From the NCBI GenBank assembly GCA_964016885.1, contig OZ024742.1, forward strand, positions 84,258,001-84,322,000: 64,000 nucleotides of DNA, read 5' to 3'. Shown here piece by piece: positions 41,386 to 54,636 of the stretch; position 1 is the stretch's first letter, and each line of letters begins with the position of its first letter. The DNA is from Eledone cirrhosa (taxonomy: Eukaryota). The notes under the pieces were generated by a model. The model ran no database searches, was not told the origin of the DNA, and worked only from the letters and a program-made list of their open reading frames with translations. A program made the position numbers and the translations under genes.

Positions 41386-43168
41386 CACTGAACGAACAGT
41401 ACAACAGTGTGTTCACACGTCCACTGAGGCACATGCAAATAACAAAGCCAGAGGAGTTCTTTGATGCCACAACACTACACGAAGAAATGGCGACCAGCAA
41501 CCACATAGACATAACGGAGGAGGATGTGGTATACGCCATAGATGAAATATGAACAGACTCAGCTGCTGCACCTAATCGATTCCCAGCAGTCCTCTTAAAA
41601 ACATGTAAGCGGGCCTTAGCAACTCCACTGAAGATGTTCTTCAGAAGCTACTTGGCTAGCGGTATACTACCCAGGAAGCTGAAAGAAGGCACAATATTCC
41701 ATATCCATAAAGGAGGTAGCAGAGCGGAGGCCAAAAACTATAGGCCAGTCTCCCTGACGTCGCATATCAGTAAGGTCATGGAGCGAGTCGTCAGAAAGAA
41801 ACTGATCACTTTCCCCGAGGAAAATGACCGGCTGACTAGCACGCAGCTTGGCTTCCGCCCAGGAAGAAGCTGCCTTACACAGCTGCTACATCACTACGTC
41901 TGGGTACTGAAACAACTGCTAGACAGCTCAATGTCGGCCACTGAATGATATGTCACAAACCACACGGACTCGGCATAACTGGAAAAGTAGGTGAGCGGCT
42001 GCATGACTTCTTAAAGGACAGAAGCCAGACAGTCGTAGGAAACGGGGCCCTCTCAAAGGAAACACCAATAACAAGTGGGGTGCCCCAAGGGACAGTCCTG
42101 GGACCACTACTGTTTTTGGTGGCTCTCTTAGACATGCCCTCTGTAGTACATACAACAACATACCTCACTAGCTATGCTGATGACACTAAGGTAGCACAGG
42201 CAATCAAAAACCCTACTGACGCTGCCCTTTTACAACAAGATCTGGATGCCATATACAAATGGGCGGAAGAAAACAGCATGCAGTTTAATGCTGGCAAATT
42301 CCAAGCCCTACAATACAAACCTGCAAACACAAATACAGTACTACACAGTTACGCAGGACTAGGAGGGACCGATATCCCCGTGTCAAAATCGATACAAGAC
42401 CTGGGTATAGACATGAGCGATGATGCATCTTTTTCCTCATACATCATGAAAGTGGCGACCATGTGCAGATGACTCGCTGGCTGGATCTTGAGGACTTTCT
42501 GCACAAGAGACCGAGACACCATGTTGACACTATGGAGGACATTTGCCCTAAGCCGCCTGTACTATTGCTCCCAGTTGTGATCATCCCATAGTGTCAAACT
42601 AACCACGGAGCTTGAGGCAATCCAGCGAAGCTACACCAAGAGGATTGCCACGATGAAGGAGACAAGCTACTGGGAGAGGCTAAAAGAAATGAACCTCTAT
42701 TCCTTCGAACGAGGACGGGAGAGATACGCAGTGATCTACATGTGGAAAATCCTGGAGAGTCTAGCACCAAACTTTGGCACTGGGAGCTGGACCAACCGTC
42801 GAATAGGACGTCACTGTGTGGTGCCAAAGTTCCCGTGTTCCACATCTAAAATAAGTAGCAGGTATTGCAATAGCCTGGGATTCTGGGATTCAAGAGCCCT
42901 CAACTCTTCAACAAGCTGCCGAGGGATCTGAGAGATTTGCATGACGTAGAGGTGGATGTCTTCAAGAAACATCTCGCCACCTTGCTATACAGGATCCAGG
43001 ATGAGCCCACAGCAAGGCACGAGGGAAACCTAAGGGCAACAGCAACAAACTCCCTCTAACACCAGTGGCCAACCTATACAGGATGGAGATAAAATGTGTA
43101 GCAACAAGTGCGGTGAGCCAGCATGGCCTCAGCCGGATGGCTGAAACAGGTAAAAGAGTAAAAGAGTA
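41385..43168 (+). mobile_element. 5'-truncated CR1/L2-group LINE (RT pseudogene) with a (TAAAAGAG)n tail
   Basis: NYRPVSLTSHISKVMER, GFRPGRSCLTQL, SGVPQGTVLGPLLF, YADDTK, QDLGI; inserted in (TA)n. Confidence 0.9.
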
Positions 43169-43209
43169 TTATATATATTATATATATTTATATATAATAT
43201 ATATATATA

Positions 43210-44340
43210 TTCGACAACACAGACACATAGCACTTGCTGCTGCATCTTCCGGTATTGCAGCAACCTTACTTCCTGGGGGCAGCACAGCACATTCAGCCTT
43301 CAAACTCTCCCTCAATATGACAGCGAGTGACACACCCTGCTGTAATATTACCAAAGGATCACAAAAGGCAGAACTGCTTAAAAGGTGTGAACTTATAGTT
43401 TGGGAAGAATGTACCGTGGCTCATAAAGGAGCTTTGGAGGCACTGGACCGGACGTTAAGAGACTCCTAGGATCCCATGGGAGGCGTGACTGACCTTTTAT
43501 CCGGAGATTTTAGACAAACCCTTCCTGTTATTCCCAAAAGAACAAGGGCTGATGCTATTCGACCATGCTTAAAGTCATCTCCGCTTTGGCGTTATGTCAC
43601 AACATTAACGCTCTCTACGAACATGAGAGATCGGATGGTTGGTGACCAAGTGTCATCAGATTTTGCTACCAATCTATTGACACTTGGGAACGGCAAAGTG
43701 CCACTTGATGAAGATGAGAAAATCTCCCTCGAACCGGTCTGCACTTTAGTCGACAGTGCTGACGACTTGACAGATGCAGTATTCCCTGAGTTGAGCACTA
43801 ACTAGCAAAATCCAAACTAGCTGTGCGAGAGGGCAATACTGGCTCCAAATAATACGACTGTCGACAAAATCAACGGACAACTGCTTAAGTCTCTCTCTAC
43901 AGCTTCGTGTACATACAAGTCCATCGATACAGTCACATACCCCATTAACTACCCAATTGAGTTTCTTAACTCATTGAACCCCTCCGGGTTGCCATCTCAT
44001 CACTTGGAACTTAAGCAAGGATGCCCACTTATGCTTTTGAAGAATCTACACCCACCAAAACTCTGCAACGGTACCCGCCTTACAGTAAATAAACTAACGC
44101 AAAACTTGATCGAGGCGACGATTCTCTCGGGGTGTGGAAAGGGGTGAATGTTTTTATCCCAAGGATTCCCCTTTGTCCGTTAACATCAGAGATCCCCTTT
44201 AGGAGGCTCCAGTTTCCAGTTCGTTGTAGTTTCGCTATGACGATAAATAAGTCTCAGGGGCAAACATTGTCCGTCGCGGGAATAAACCTAGAAGAGCCAT
44301 GCTTTTCGCACGGTCAGCTATACGTTGGATGTTCCAAACC
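43210..44340 (+). pseudogene. Helitron PIF1-family helicase C-terminal half
   Basis: [72 protein letters not shown]. Confidence 0.9.
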
Positions 44341-44379
44341 GTCTTCTAACAATCAAATACCCCGCTGCTTTCAATAATT

Positions 44380-45000
44380 ACCAAATTGTAGACACACTGC
44401 CTTTTTGAAATTCATAACACCATACTTTTCGACTGTAAACGTTGTGACCACTTTGAGCTGCCCGGTATTGAAATACACGTTCCTCTCTGGTTGGTTGAGC
44501 CAGTTTTCCATGGATTCGCCAGCGCGTGCAGCAGACGTTGATTCACATGTCTTTGCTGCCGCAGTTGACGCTGTGTTTCGGTTGATACAGCTCAAACAGC
44601 AGACGTTGACTCACAGTTCTTTGCTGCCGCAGTTGACGCTGTGTTTCGGTTGATGCAGCTCGAGCTGCGGAAGTTGACTCCCATTTCTTTGCTGCCGCAG
44701 TTGACGCTTTGTTTCGGTTGATGCAACTCGAGCTGCGGAAGTTGCCTCAGCATTTCTATGCCGCCGTAATGAACACTGTGGTTCGTTCTCTGCATCTCCT
44801 GCAATAGACGTTGCATCAATATTTGCTTTATGTCGCAGTGAGGGTTGAGAATCATTTTCTGAATCTCAAGCAGCAGCAGTTGCCTCAGCATTTATATTCT
44901 GTCGCATCGAACGTTATGTTTCGTTTTCTGCATCTCGTACAATAGAAGTTGCTTCAGCATTTTTCTTTTGGCGTAATAATCGCTATTCGTTATTCCCTGT
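44380..45000 (-). pseudogene. Probable Helitron RepHel N-terminal charged-repeat region, inverted relative to the helicase
   Basis: Tandem ~60-70-bp units translating on the minus strand to QRQLRQQRNxxxTSAARAASTET-like repeats. Confidence 0.55.
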
Positions 45001-45571
45001 TACTTTTGAAATTGAGGTTGGTAAAGAATTTGTGTATAGAAATTTTGAGCGTCCTTCATGTTTGGTCTATGTCACTGCAATCAGTCTAAGGAAAGCAACG
45101 TCACAGTTTCTATTGGCAGCCACAACTATACAGAATGGTAAGCATTTCAAACTACATAAATCATTAGAATGCTTACATATACGCAATGCATATCGAAAGA
45201 TGTTCATGTTTCTACTGTAGCAAACGTATGGCACCCCTCTCATTCGTACGTTTCACTCAAAGTCGTCATACATTATCTCCGTCATCCCGCAACGACTTCA
45301 GTCCCTGAATTGTCAAACATCCTACATTATTGTCATAAATTCCATGTGACTCACTTTTGGGCTGCTGACTTCCTTGTGGCATAGTTCGCGTTTGGATCTT
45401 CACCGCGTCAACGTCACACTTTTACACTCATTCACCTTTCATATGCCATAACATTTTACCGTTTTTACATCGAACAACACATAATTCTTATGGTTAAAAA
45501 TAATGTTTTTTTTTAGTTCGTGTTACGTTGTTTTCTCTTTAAAAAACTTATTTTACTAATAGTAGACTTAC

Positions 45572-45600
45572 ACCCGGGCAACGCCGGGTATGGCTGCTAG
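45572..45600 (+). mobile_element. Helitron 3' terminus
   Basis: Hairpin ACCCGG gcaacg CCGGGT followed by ..CTAG|T. Confidence 0.85.
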
Positions 45601-45635
45601 TTTAGTATAAGTAATGTTTCATACATTAAACTTGT

Positions 45636-45724
45636 ATGTACGACCATTGTTTTCGAGGGTTCAGTTATGGCCACCACTGTATATCGGAGGAGGCTCTTCA
45701 AACATGACTCTTCATCAGCCACGT
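45636..45724 (-). ncRNA. Degenerate hammerhead-like motif
   Basis: CTGATGA-a gag...ctc-GAAAA caatg GTC; stems I and III imperfect. Confidence 0.4.
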
Positions 45725-48721
45725 GGACAAATATACGAAAAGGAAGTTCATTCCACAGACAATTTTCGCTCAAGGTGAGGTTCATATCGGAAACAAGGGA
45801 GGTAATTGTGGGGTGGAGGAATTGTCAGGCTTAATTTATTAGTGTGTAGTATAAGTTTCATGTTTGTTATATATAAAAAAAGTAAAAGAATAATGGAGAT
45901 GGAAATAAGTATTGAAAAGAAAGGAGGGAGGAAGAGAAATAGAGAAATAAAGGAAGAAAAGAAAGAGAGAAAGGAAGGGAGAAAGTGAAATAAAAATGTC
46001 TTCAGTAGTGGTTTCATTGGAGTTATGGATTTTCCTTTTATCTTGCGATGTGCGTGTGTGTGTATGGTTGCAGGTGTTTACATACAGGTGTGTGTGAATT
46101 GGTTATCCCTATCCATAAATCGTTATTTATTGTCTAATGGGGAATAATTACATATACAACTGTTGATTGAAAGTATCTGAACATTTGTAGAGTGGACATT
46201 CACTGACACACACACATACACACACACTCGTAACACAAAACAAAAGATTAATTCTATATTCACACCTAAACTGACCTTTCGACACAATTGAACCCAACTT
46301 TAATATCCCCGCCCACACACACATTTAAAATGCCATCGGGCCCATTAGTATGAATAGTAAGCTCATTTTAAAATTTTAACCAAGTGAATTCAATTGGATT
46401 CTTCAAATGTTGAACCACACCTCCACCTTCACCAACACACCTATATATTAGAAGAAACTTTGACAGAAAACTCACATATATTCTAACTGCTCACAGAATA
46501 CACGAAAACACATTTTAAAAATATTCAATATCTAATATTTGAAATGTTTGTTATACCAATGGAAACCAGTTAAATTCAATGAAACAACTATGAAATTATT
46601 ATTATTCTAAATATATATTTAGAAGTCTTCCGTTGTGTTTACCGGAATCGATAGTTAATAAGTAATAGTTAATTGCTTAGATCAATTTTGCTCTTTTCGT
46701 GGTCTTTGAATTAGAAACCGTACTGTAACGAAAATATAACGTTTTCCAACTTAAGGTGTACTATGTATTTTTCCCAAATATTATTTTTATTATATATGTG
46801 TACACAATACTATGTGTTTCTCTGATGCCTTTGACTCTTTCTCTCTTTCTAAATATATCTTTTACATTTGACTTATTAATGCTCTGAACGAACTAAGGTC
46901 CATTGAGCTTATTTAATGAGAAACATAGTCATCATACACATTAAATATATTTTGATACCTTAACATTATGTATAGCTGCTCCAAAGTTATTTATTTGTTG
47001 ACTTGATTCAACTCTGACTAATATTTGGCTGCTATCTCTAGCCGATAAGACGTCCAGTCCTATTTATATCTGCCCCTCGTCATTAATTTATTTTGACTCC
47101 ATAATGAGTAGAATCTCAGACATTCTCTTCTCTCAAGAGATATAAAGGTATTATCTACAGTGTTGGGCATATGTAAAGACAATTTCCTCTAATCATTAAA
47201 TATGCTCGCGCACATACATTAACACACATTTGTTTCATCACCAATATCCTAGCATATTCATATAATTCCGTGTATACATGCATTGTATTTTCATTCATAC
47301 ATGTGCATATACAGTCACTTGTAAACATAGAGAGAAACATATGTATCCAATTCTAGAATAATTGTACGCATATACACACGTATATATGCATTGCCTATGC
47401 TAGAATTTTATTGGTTAGGAGCACATCATTTGACTAAAGTTTGTAACGTAAGCGACACACAGACAAACAGAGAAAAACATTAGGAAGCACAATAGAATAC
47501 CGCACAGGCATAACGCACCACTCAGTGTCAAATTCCTAATTACACACAATAAGCTACATTACCTACGTACACACATACGCACGTACATACATTCATACAT
47601 ACCTTTATAGAAATATATATAAAAGCACGTGTTCAAATAGTAAAAGAAAATACAGCACAAACACAGGAAATAAAATACAAATATACAATATAAATATAAA
47701 ACCTCAGAGGTAGATATAGACATCACACGAGACACAACACAAAATCAGGCATATAAAACAGATAACTACCTTCCCATTCTAAGAGAACGTATAAACTTAT
47801 GTAAATGAGAATTCTGCAACCAGTATCACAAGAATCTATTCAACAAGTAAAAAAGATAGGCTGGGGTGGTACGTGGAGAAAATCATATAACATTGGCAAT
47901 AAAGTGGTATTTTATGTCAAGAACCAAAGATTTAGAATAAATTCAATGTTAAGAGTACTTTAGTCATTTTGAAGACCAACACTAAAAAATAAATCTAAGC
48001 CGTATCCAATATAACACATTTCATTGTTATAGTGAACATAATTCAATACATTTATATTTTGAATAGATCCATTTCTGTTAAAATAATTTTTGGTCGAATA
48101 TCAAACGTTATTTGTCTCACTTTCTTTTAACCAATCGATATGTATTTTTTTCTTCTCACTATATTTATGGCTGTGTGAATGATGAAGCCGCTTCGCATTA
48201 ATGTGGTTCTGGGTTCAATACCTTTGTGCACCACCTTTCTTAACAGTCCTTAACTATAGAATTGGGTCCTCCAAGTTGTACAAACTGCGTGAAATCCTCT
48301 TGACCAGCTGGTATTGTTAAACTCGACGTCGAACTATTATAGATTGTTACACCCAATTCGCTATTCGGCTTAACACAACTGTCTGACCCTGGATCGCCTT
48401 TAGTGTTGTTCGCTTTGCTGCAAGTGTTTAAAGCAGATGTACGTCAGAGGATAATTCGGTAACCTAATGAGCTACTTTAGCAATCTCTAAGTTTAGGATG
48501 TTTTTTGCACATTTTGCCACTTGTCCAGGAAGGCCTGAAAAAACAAAAACAAGGATACAATACCTCTCTTTTGTGCAATCTTTCAATTTATGTGTGCTTC
48601 AGTCTGCCTACTTTTATGTGTAAATTCGGAATAAGTAACAATAGCCATGACATATATACATTTATGTAGACACTGAGTTACTTTTCCCTAAGTATACATG
48701 TGCTTATTACACACACACAAA

Positions 48722-49452
<731 letters not shown>

Positions 49453-49719
49453 ACCGAATGATTATAGAAATTAAATTCATCTGGCTATATTTATAATTAA
49501 ACAGTATAGAATATTAATGGAAATTTAGGGCGAACGTTCGAATTAAAGTTGTAGAGCTTTGCACTGTCACACGATATATATATATATATAATATAAATAT
49601 ATATATAATATAAATATATATATATAAATATATATATAATATATATATATATAAATATATATATAATATATATATTTATAAATATATATATAATATATAT
49701 ATATATAAATATATATATA

Positions 49720-49753
<34 letters not shown>

Positions 49754-49776
49754 GTATCTATATATATATATATATA

Positions 49777-51174
49777 ACGAAGGAAATGTGGTAAGGAACC
49801 AGGTGGACCATAACGCACCAAAGTAATCAATACTTAGAGTAGTAGATTGGGTAATAGGAACGAGTAGGACCCCGACGGCTGAGCTCAAGCCGTTTCGACG
49901 GCTAATTCTGGACAAAATGAAAATTTGTATCCTGGTATATGAATAGCCGAGCTTCTCAGGGGGTAATTCCATATATGGTAAAAGTGATTGTCACAAGGAT
50001 TGGTCAAAAGTTTGTTGTTGAGACACATAATTCTATCATGGCAATTTGTGGAAGGAAGGGGTAGCTGAACCTGCCAGTAGAAGAAAGAGGGAGACGGGGT
50101 GGAGGAAACCCAGTCGTGCGTTGATAGTGCTAACTACAGCAGGGCAGGAGGTCAAGGAAGTATACTAGGGAGAGGGAGGGTGAGGAAGTCGAAACAATAA
50201 GTAAAACAATATGGGGTAAATATATAGAAAAATACCGAGAATGTTAAAAAAACAATTAAATATAAAAAAAACAATTTCTGGTTACTATAACCTAAAGACA
50301 GCTATCAAGTCTCTCACTGGTACTGCTAGACTAAAGAAAGGTTTACTAGGTGGGACGGAATTATAATGAGACCCTTTTAAGAGGTATTAGTAAACAACCG
50401 AGTATTTCTTACTGTGACGGGTCAACAAGTGGGGGGCCAAAATACTAAAGAAACTACCACGAAATAATAATTCAGAGTCCCGAGACTAATACGAAATAAT
50501 GGTTTCTACCCTAGGCACAAGGCCAGCAACCAGCCAGTGCAAAAAATAAACTAATACGAAATAATGATTCAGAATCCCGAAAAAGAATACTAATACTATC
50601 TCTAAGGGTGCCGCTACGATGCAAACTACATAAATGCTTGTACGAAGTATATGAAAAATTTGATACGGAAAATTAATTCAGAATCATCCCCCCCAAAAAT
50701 ACTGATATACGAGAAATTAAAGCAAAGATACCACTAAGAAATGTAGAAAGCACGGAAAAGGGGCAGCCATCGGATAAGAAGGCAAGTATCCTGGGTCTAT
50801 CACATCTGCTATAAAAAGCGGAGTCGGTCAATTCTGTCATAGAATAGGGGAAGGGGTGGGGATACTGAGGCTACAAAGGACCGAGGGGCTGCCTCGGGTG
50901 GGCGAGAAAGTGAAAAGGACGACGACAAAGAAAGAGGACTGGGGTGGAAGGACTAGGTAGGATGGGGGGAAGAAGGAAATATAGAGGAAGCGATAAGAAG
51001 ATATACAAGAAGATCTTACGTCTACCTTTGCAAACAGGGGTTACCCATTACAAAGTCGATACTTTTTAGGTATGTTTTCCTGCTTGGTACGGGTATGTTC
51101 TTTGTAGAAATATTCAGATGTTGTTTATTAGCCGTCGAAACGGCTTGAGCTCAGCCGTCGGGGTCTTACTTGTT

Positions 51175-51178
<4 letters not shown>
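49777..51178 (-). mobile_element. Non-autonomous chimeric PLE derivative (family H 3' UTR/HHR + short piece of the family E ORF + inverted arm)
   Basis: HHR at 49869-49964; 51064-51126 matches 20622-20684; 51127-51178 is the inverse of 49854-49905; (TA)n flanks. Confidence 0.8.
49869..49964 (-). ncRNA. Type I hammerhead ribozyme (family H), long stem II, core CUGAGAA
   Basis: acccc-CTGAGAA-g ctcggcta...tagccgtc-GAAAC ggc ttgagctca gcc GTC-ggggt. Confidence 0.7.
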
Positions 51179-51219
<41 letters not shown>

Positions 51220-52015
51220 TGCGACAGTGCAAAGCTCTACAACTTTAATTCGAACTTTCGCCCTGAATATATATATATATATATATATCGTGCGACAGTG
51301 CAAAGCTCTACAACTTTAATTCGAACGTTCGCCCTAAATTTCCAGATGAATTTAATTTCTATAATCATTCGGTATGTTTTTCTAATATGATAATTAACAA
51401 AGATTTCTATTTCAAATTTAATTAGTTACCCATACATTTCGTTTGTATATGATTTTGCAATCTTTTTAAATACATTACGTTTTTAGTTTAAAAAAATCAT
51501 GAGACATGGTGTGATTTACACATAAATTAGTGTATAAAGAATTTTATTCATATATCTACATGTTTGAATAAGTTGTTAGCTGCAAAGCAACTATTCGGAA
51601 TATTATTCAGCTTAGAACTATGTTTCAACAAAATATATCTCAGTGTTCATTCAAAATATAGCCACATTATTATTTTCCTAATGTACAGTCGCTGAACTTT
51701 TGTGTTTGTATTTATTATAACTACTACCTGAGAGAGTGAGAGACTGTTGTTAAAGGAATACTTGTATAATGTAGGAATGCATCAGTGTTATAATATGTAG
51801 GCAACGTTTGTACAATTATTACAATTTCGTGAAGTTACCAATGAATTCAATGGAGACCACCTCAAACAAATTAGAAAATTGCTTCTGAACATCAGTTAGC
51901 TATCTATTGTCAATAATCGAGGCAATATTTTTAATAAAAATGAATCAGTTTCACAAGCGAGTGAAAAGCTTTTGGTCGGTATATAAAAAAACATTTATAA
52001 GGATTCATATATCTA

Positions 52016-52648
52016 TCTATATATCTAAAACAGAGAATCTCTGTCCGTCTGTCTGTCTGAATCCCTAAAACTCGAGAACCACCCAACCGATTGTTTTCAA
52101 ACTTTACACATGTAATACCTGTGAGTGTTTTGAGCAAAATATATTCCAAATGTTCAATGCCCTAGGGACCACATTAGGCGATTTAGCGATCTCTCTCTAT
52201 AATTCTTAGTCTTTCTTTTTAGATAGATACATAGATATAACGTTGCGCCTTTATAATGATTTCTAGTATAAGGCCATTTGCGCGCTTATAATATCTCTCT
52301 GTATCTCTGGCTGTCTGCATTACGATATTATGACGCTATATGTGTGTGTGTATCTGTATATATATAGTGTGTAACGTTTTTCGAAATATTTACTTCTGCG
52401 TTCACAGATTGATTTTTTTAACTTTCAGAAGATAACGTTAAGGGTGAAATCAGCGATTCTTTGCTTGAATCTGTTATTTTAATATATATATATATATAAT
52501 TATATATTCGTGTACATATATTTTTGCAGACACAATAACAAAATATAAACAAACGTATTTATTTCACGAGGCTCGATAAGGATAAATATATATGAAATAT
52601 ATAAGAACCCTAGAGCAAATCCCGAGCAACGCCGGGCCATTCTGCTAG
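52016..52648 (+). mobile_element. Non-autonomous Helitron containing PLE pLTR fragments
   Basis: A|TCTATATATCTAAAA..(CTGT)n 5' end; 3' CCCGAGCAACGCCGGG hairpin then CTAG|T. Confidence 0.82.
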
Positions 52649-53002
52649 TATATTACTAAACTATGTGATTGTGTGCTTGTATGTAATTTAATATAGCCAA
52701 AACGGCTATGGGAAACTACTTTGAAAGAAAGATGCCCCTGAAATGGGAATACAAATGGAATAAAACAGGTTTCACTTAAACCGGAGCACGGGTTCCCGAC
52801 AGGGTTTTTTCGGAAACCTCCATATATATAGAGAGAGAAAGAAAGAGATAGTGGTTGTGAGAGAGTAGATTGAAAATTTCGTTTTGCGTTATATACATGT
52901 CTGTATATATTTTAATTATTCAAAAATCCTTTTTAAGTGAACATGATTAAAAAAAAAACAACAATTAAGTGAACGTGAGCCAACGGGTCACGGATGGTCT
53001 AG
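52649..53002 (+). mobile_element. Second non-autonomous Helitron (host of the first; its first 4 nt probably at 52012-52015)
   Basis: 3' hairpin CGTGAGC caacg GGTCACG then CTAG|T; the 5' end reconstitutes as TCTA|TATATTACTAAA. Confidence 0.65.
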
Positions 53003-53657
53003 TGTTAACATAAAGTTAGAAGAGATCAAAAACATCTTACGCATAGGCCATACATGTATGTCCTATGTTTAATTCTCTTAGGTAATTATAGAGTATTGTG
53101 TATACTTGGTGAATAGAAAGAAGAAACATTGTTTACAAGTAACCTCAATAAAAAACAACTTAAATAACTAAATAGATATTGAGTTTACATATATCGAAGC
53201 CTATAAATTCTTTCGTGTTCTGTAAGGATATCAAAGTTAATTCTGTATAATATGAAACCCTACAGAGTAATACACCGTATTTAAGTTTAAAAGTAAAAAA
53301 ATCTACAAGAATTCACATTCTCTGTTATGCACCTAAAGAGAAATGAATTTATCGACATTGCCTTCACGAAAGTAAAATGACGAAGACACAATTATAATGC
53401 ATGAATTTAATAGCAGAACAGTGTCTGTCAGATGAGCGATATAGGGCATATATATGTGAAGAATCGTGTAAGAAAAGAATGTAAATTTATCGTACTAAAC
53501 ATCATAAAATTACAAATTCAATAGTTCACTTCGAAACTTGTGTCTTTTCTTTCAAAGTTATCTTTCCGGGAGAATAAAATGAGAAATCCTACTTATAATC
53601 AATTGATGCAGTTGCCTCCCCCCACCAATATACTTAATATCACATATTATTCAAACA

Positions 53658-53659
53658 TC

Positions 53660-53706
<47 letters not shown>

Positions 53707-53750
53707 CACTACTACTACTACTACTACTACTGCTACTACTGCTGCTGCTG

Positions 53751-53785
<35 letters not shown>

Positions 53786-53828
53786 ACTACTACTACTACT
53801 ACTACTACTGCTGCTACTACTACTGCTG

Positions 53829-53888
<60 letters not shown>

Positions 53889-53910
53889 TCGCAGTAGTAG
53901 TAGTAGTAGT
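53658..53910. repeat. Compound (TAC)n/(TGC)n repeat with a short inverted (GTA)n end
   Basis: Direct inspection. Confidence 0.95.
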
Positions 53911-53911
53911 G

Positions 53912-54636
53912 ATAAGATTTTCCTCAAAATGTGGGCAGTATCTAGTAAAACCGCCCTTTGTATGACACCCAACCTGTTTGGTATGCCCAGTGGCCTTAAG
54001 AAGAATTGAAGTGTAATTGGGATAGACTCTAATGCCCACATCACAACTGATATCACTTTCACATTACCCTCTTTTATTCCAAATAGTATTCAGTTCTGAG
54101 TACTTGGTGATATTTTCAATCTCATTACTTGCAATATTCATGTCATTTGATATGGTCACGTCGCTGATAAACCAGTATTTGTCTTTCCTGTTCAACAGGA
54201 TATTGTCCGGTCGGTGACGCTTAATTATTTTATCAGTTTGAAACTAACAATCCCAGAATATCGTTACTTTCCCACCCTGTGGGTGATATTTGTACCATTT
54301 TCCTTCCGTTTTCAGACCATAAAACCTTCACATTACTCAGTGTAAATATTTCCTCGCTCTATCATGCCTCGTTTTGTATTACTTGGGAGCTAATACCTTT
54401 CAGCCTGAAACCAGGTGTTCAATGGTCTCAACATGATCTTCAGAGAATCGACACATTTGGTCAATTCCATTTCTGATCATATTGGTTTGAAAGTTGCGCG
54501 TTGGCAGACACTGGTATTTTGCAGCCAAAATGAAGCCCCCACTCTCTGTCTTTAGCCCAGATCTCCTCTGCCACTGTTGGGTGAGAACTGGATCTATATC
54601 AGGTTCTTTCCTACGGATAATATACTGCCCATGCAA
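53912..54636 (-). mobile_element. C-terminal fragment of an RLE-type non-LTR element (R4/Dong-like)
   Basis: MHGQY..GLKTESGGFILAA..TRNF..CRF..ETIEHLVSG..RHD..WD..TDK..RPDNIL..KY..HILRK (zinc finger + PD-D/ExK region). Confidence 0.8.

Noticed and set aside
53540-54039. Poly-Thr/Ala and poly-Val ORFs
   Set aside because: Trinucleotide repeat translations with no splice or domain support
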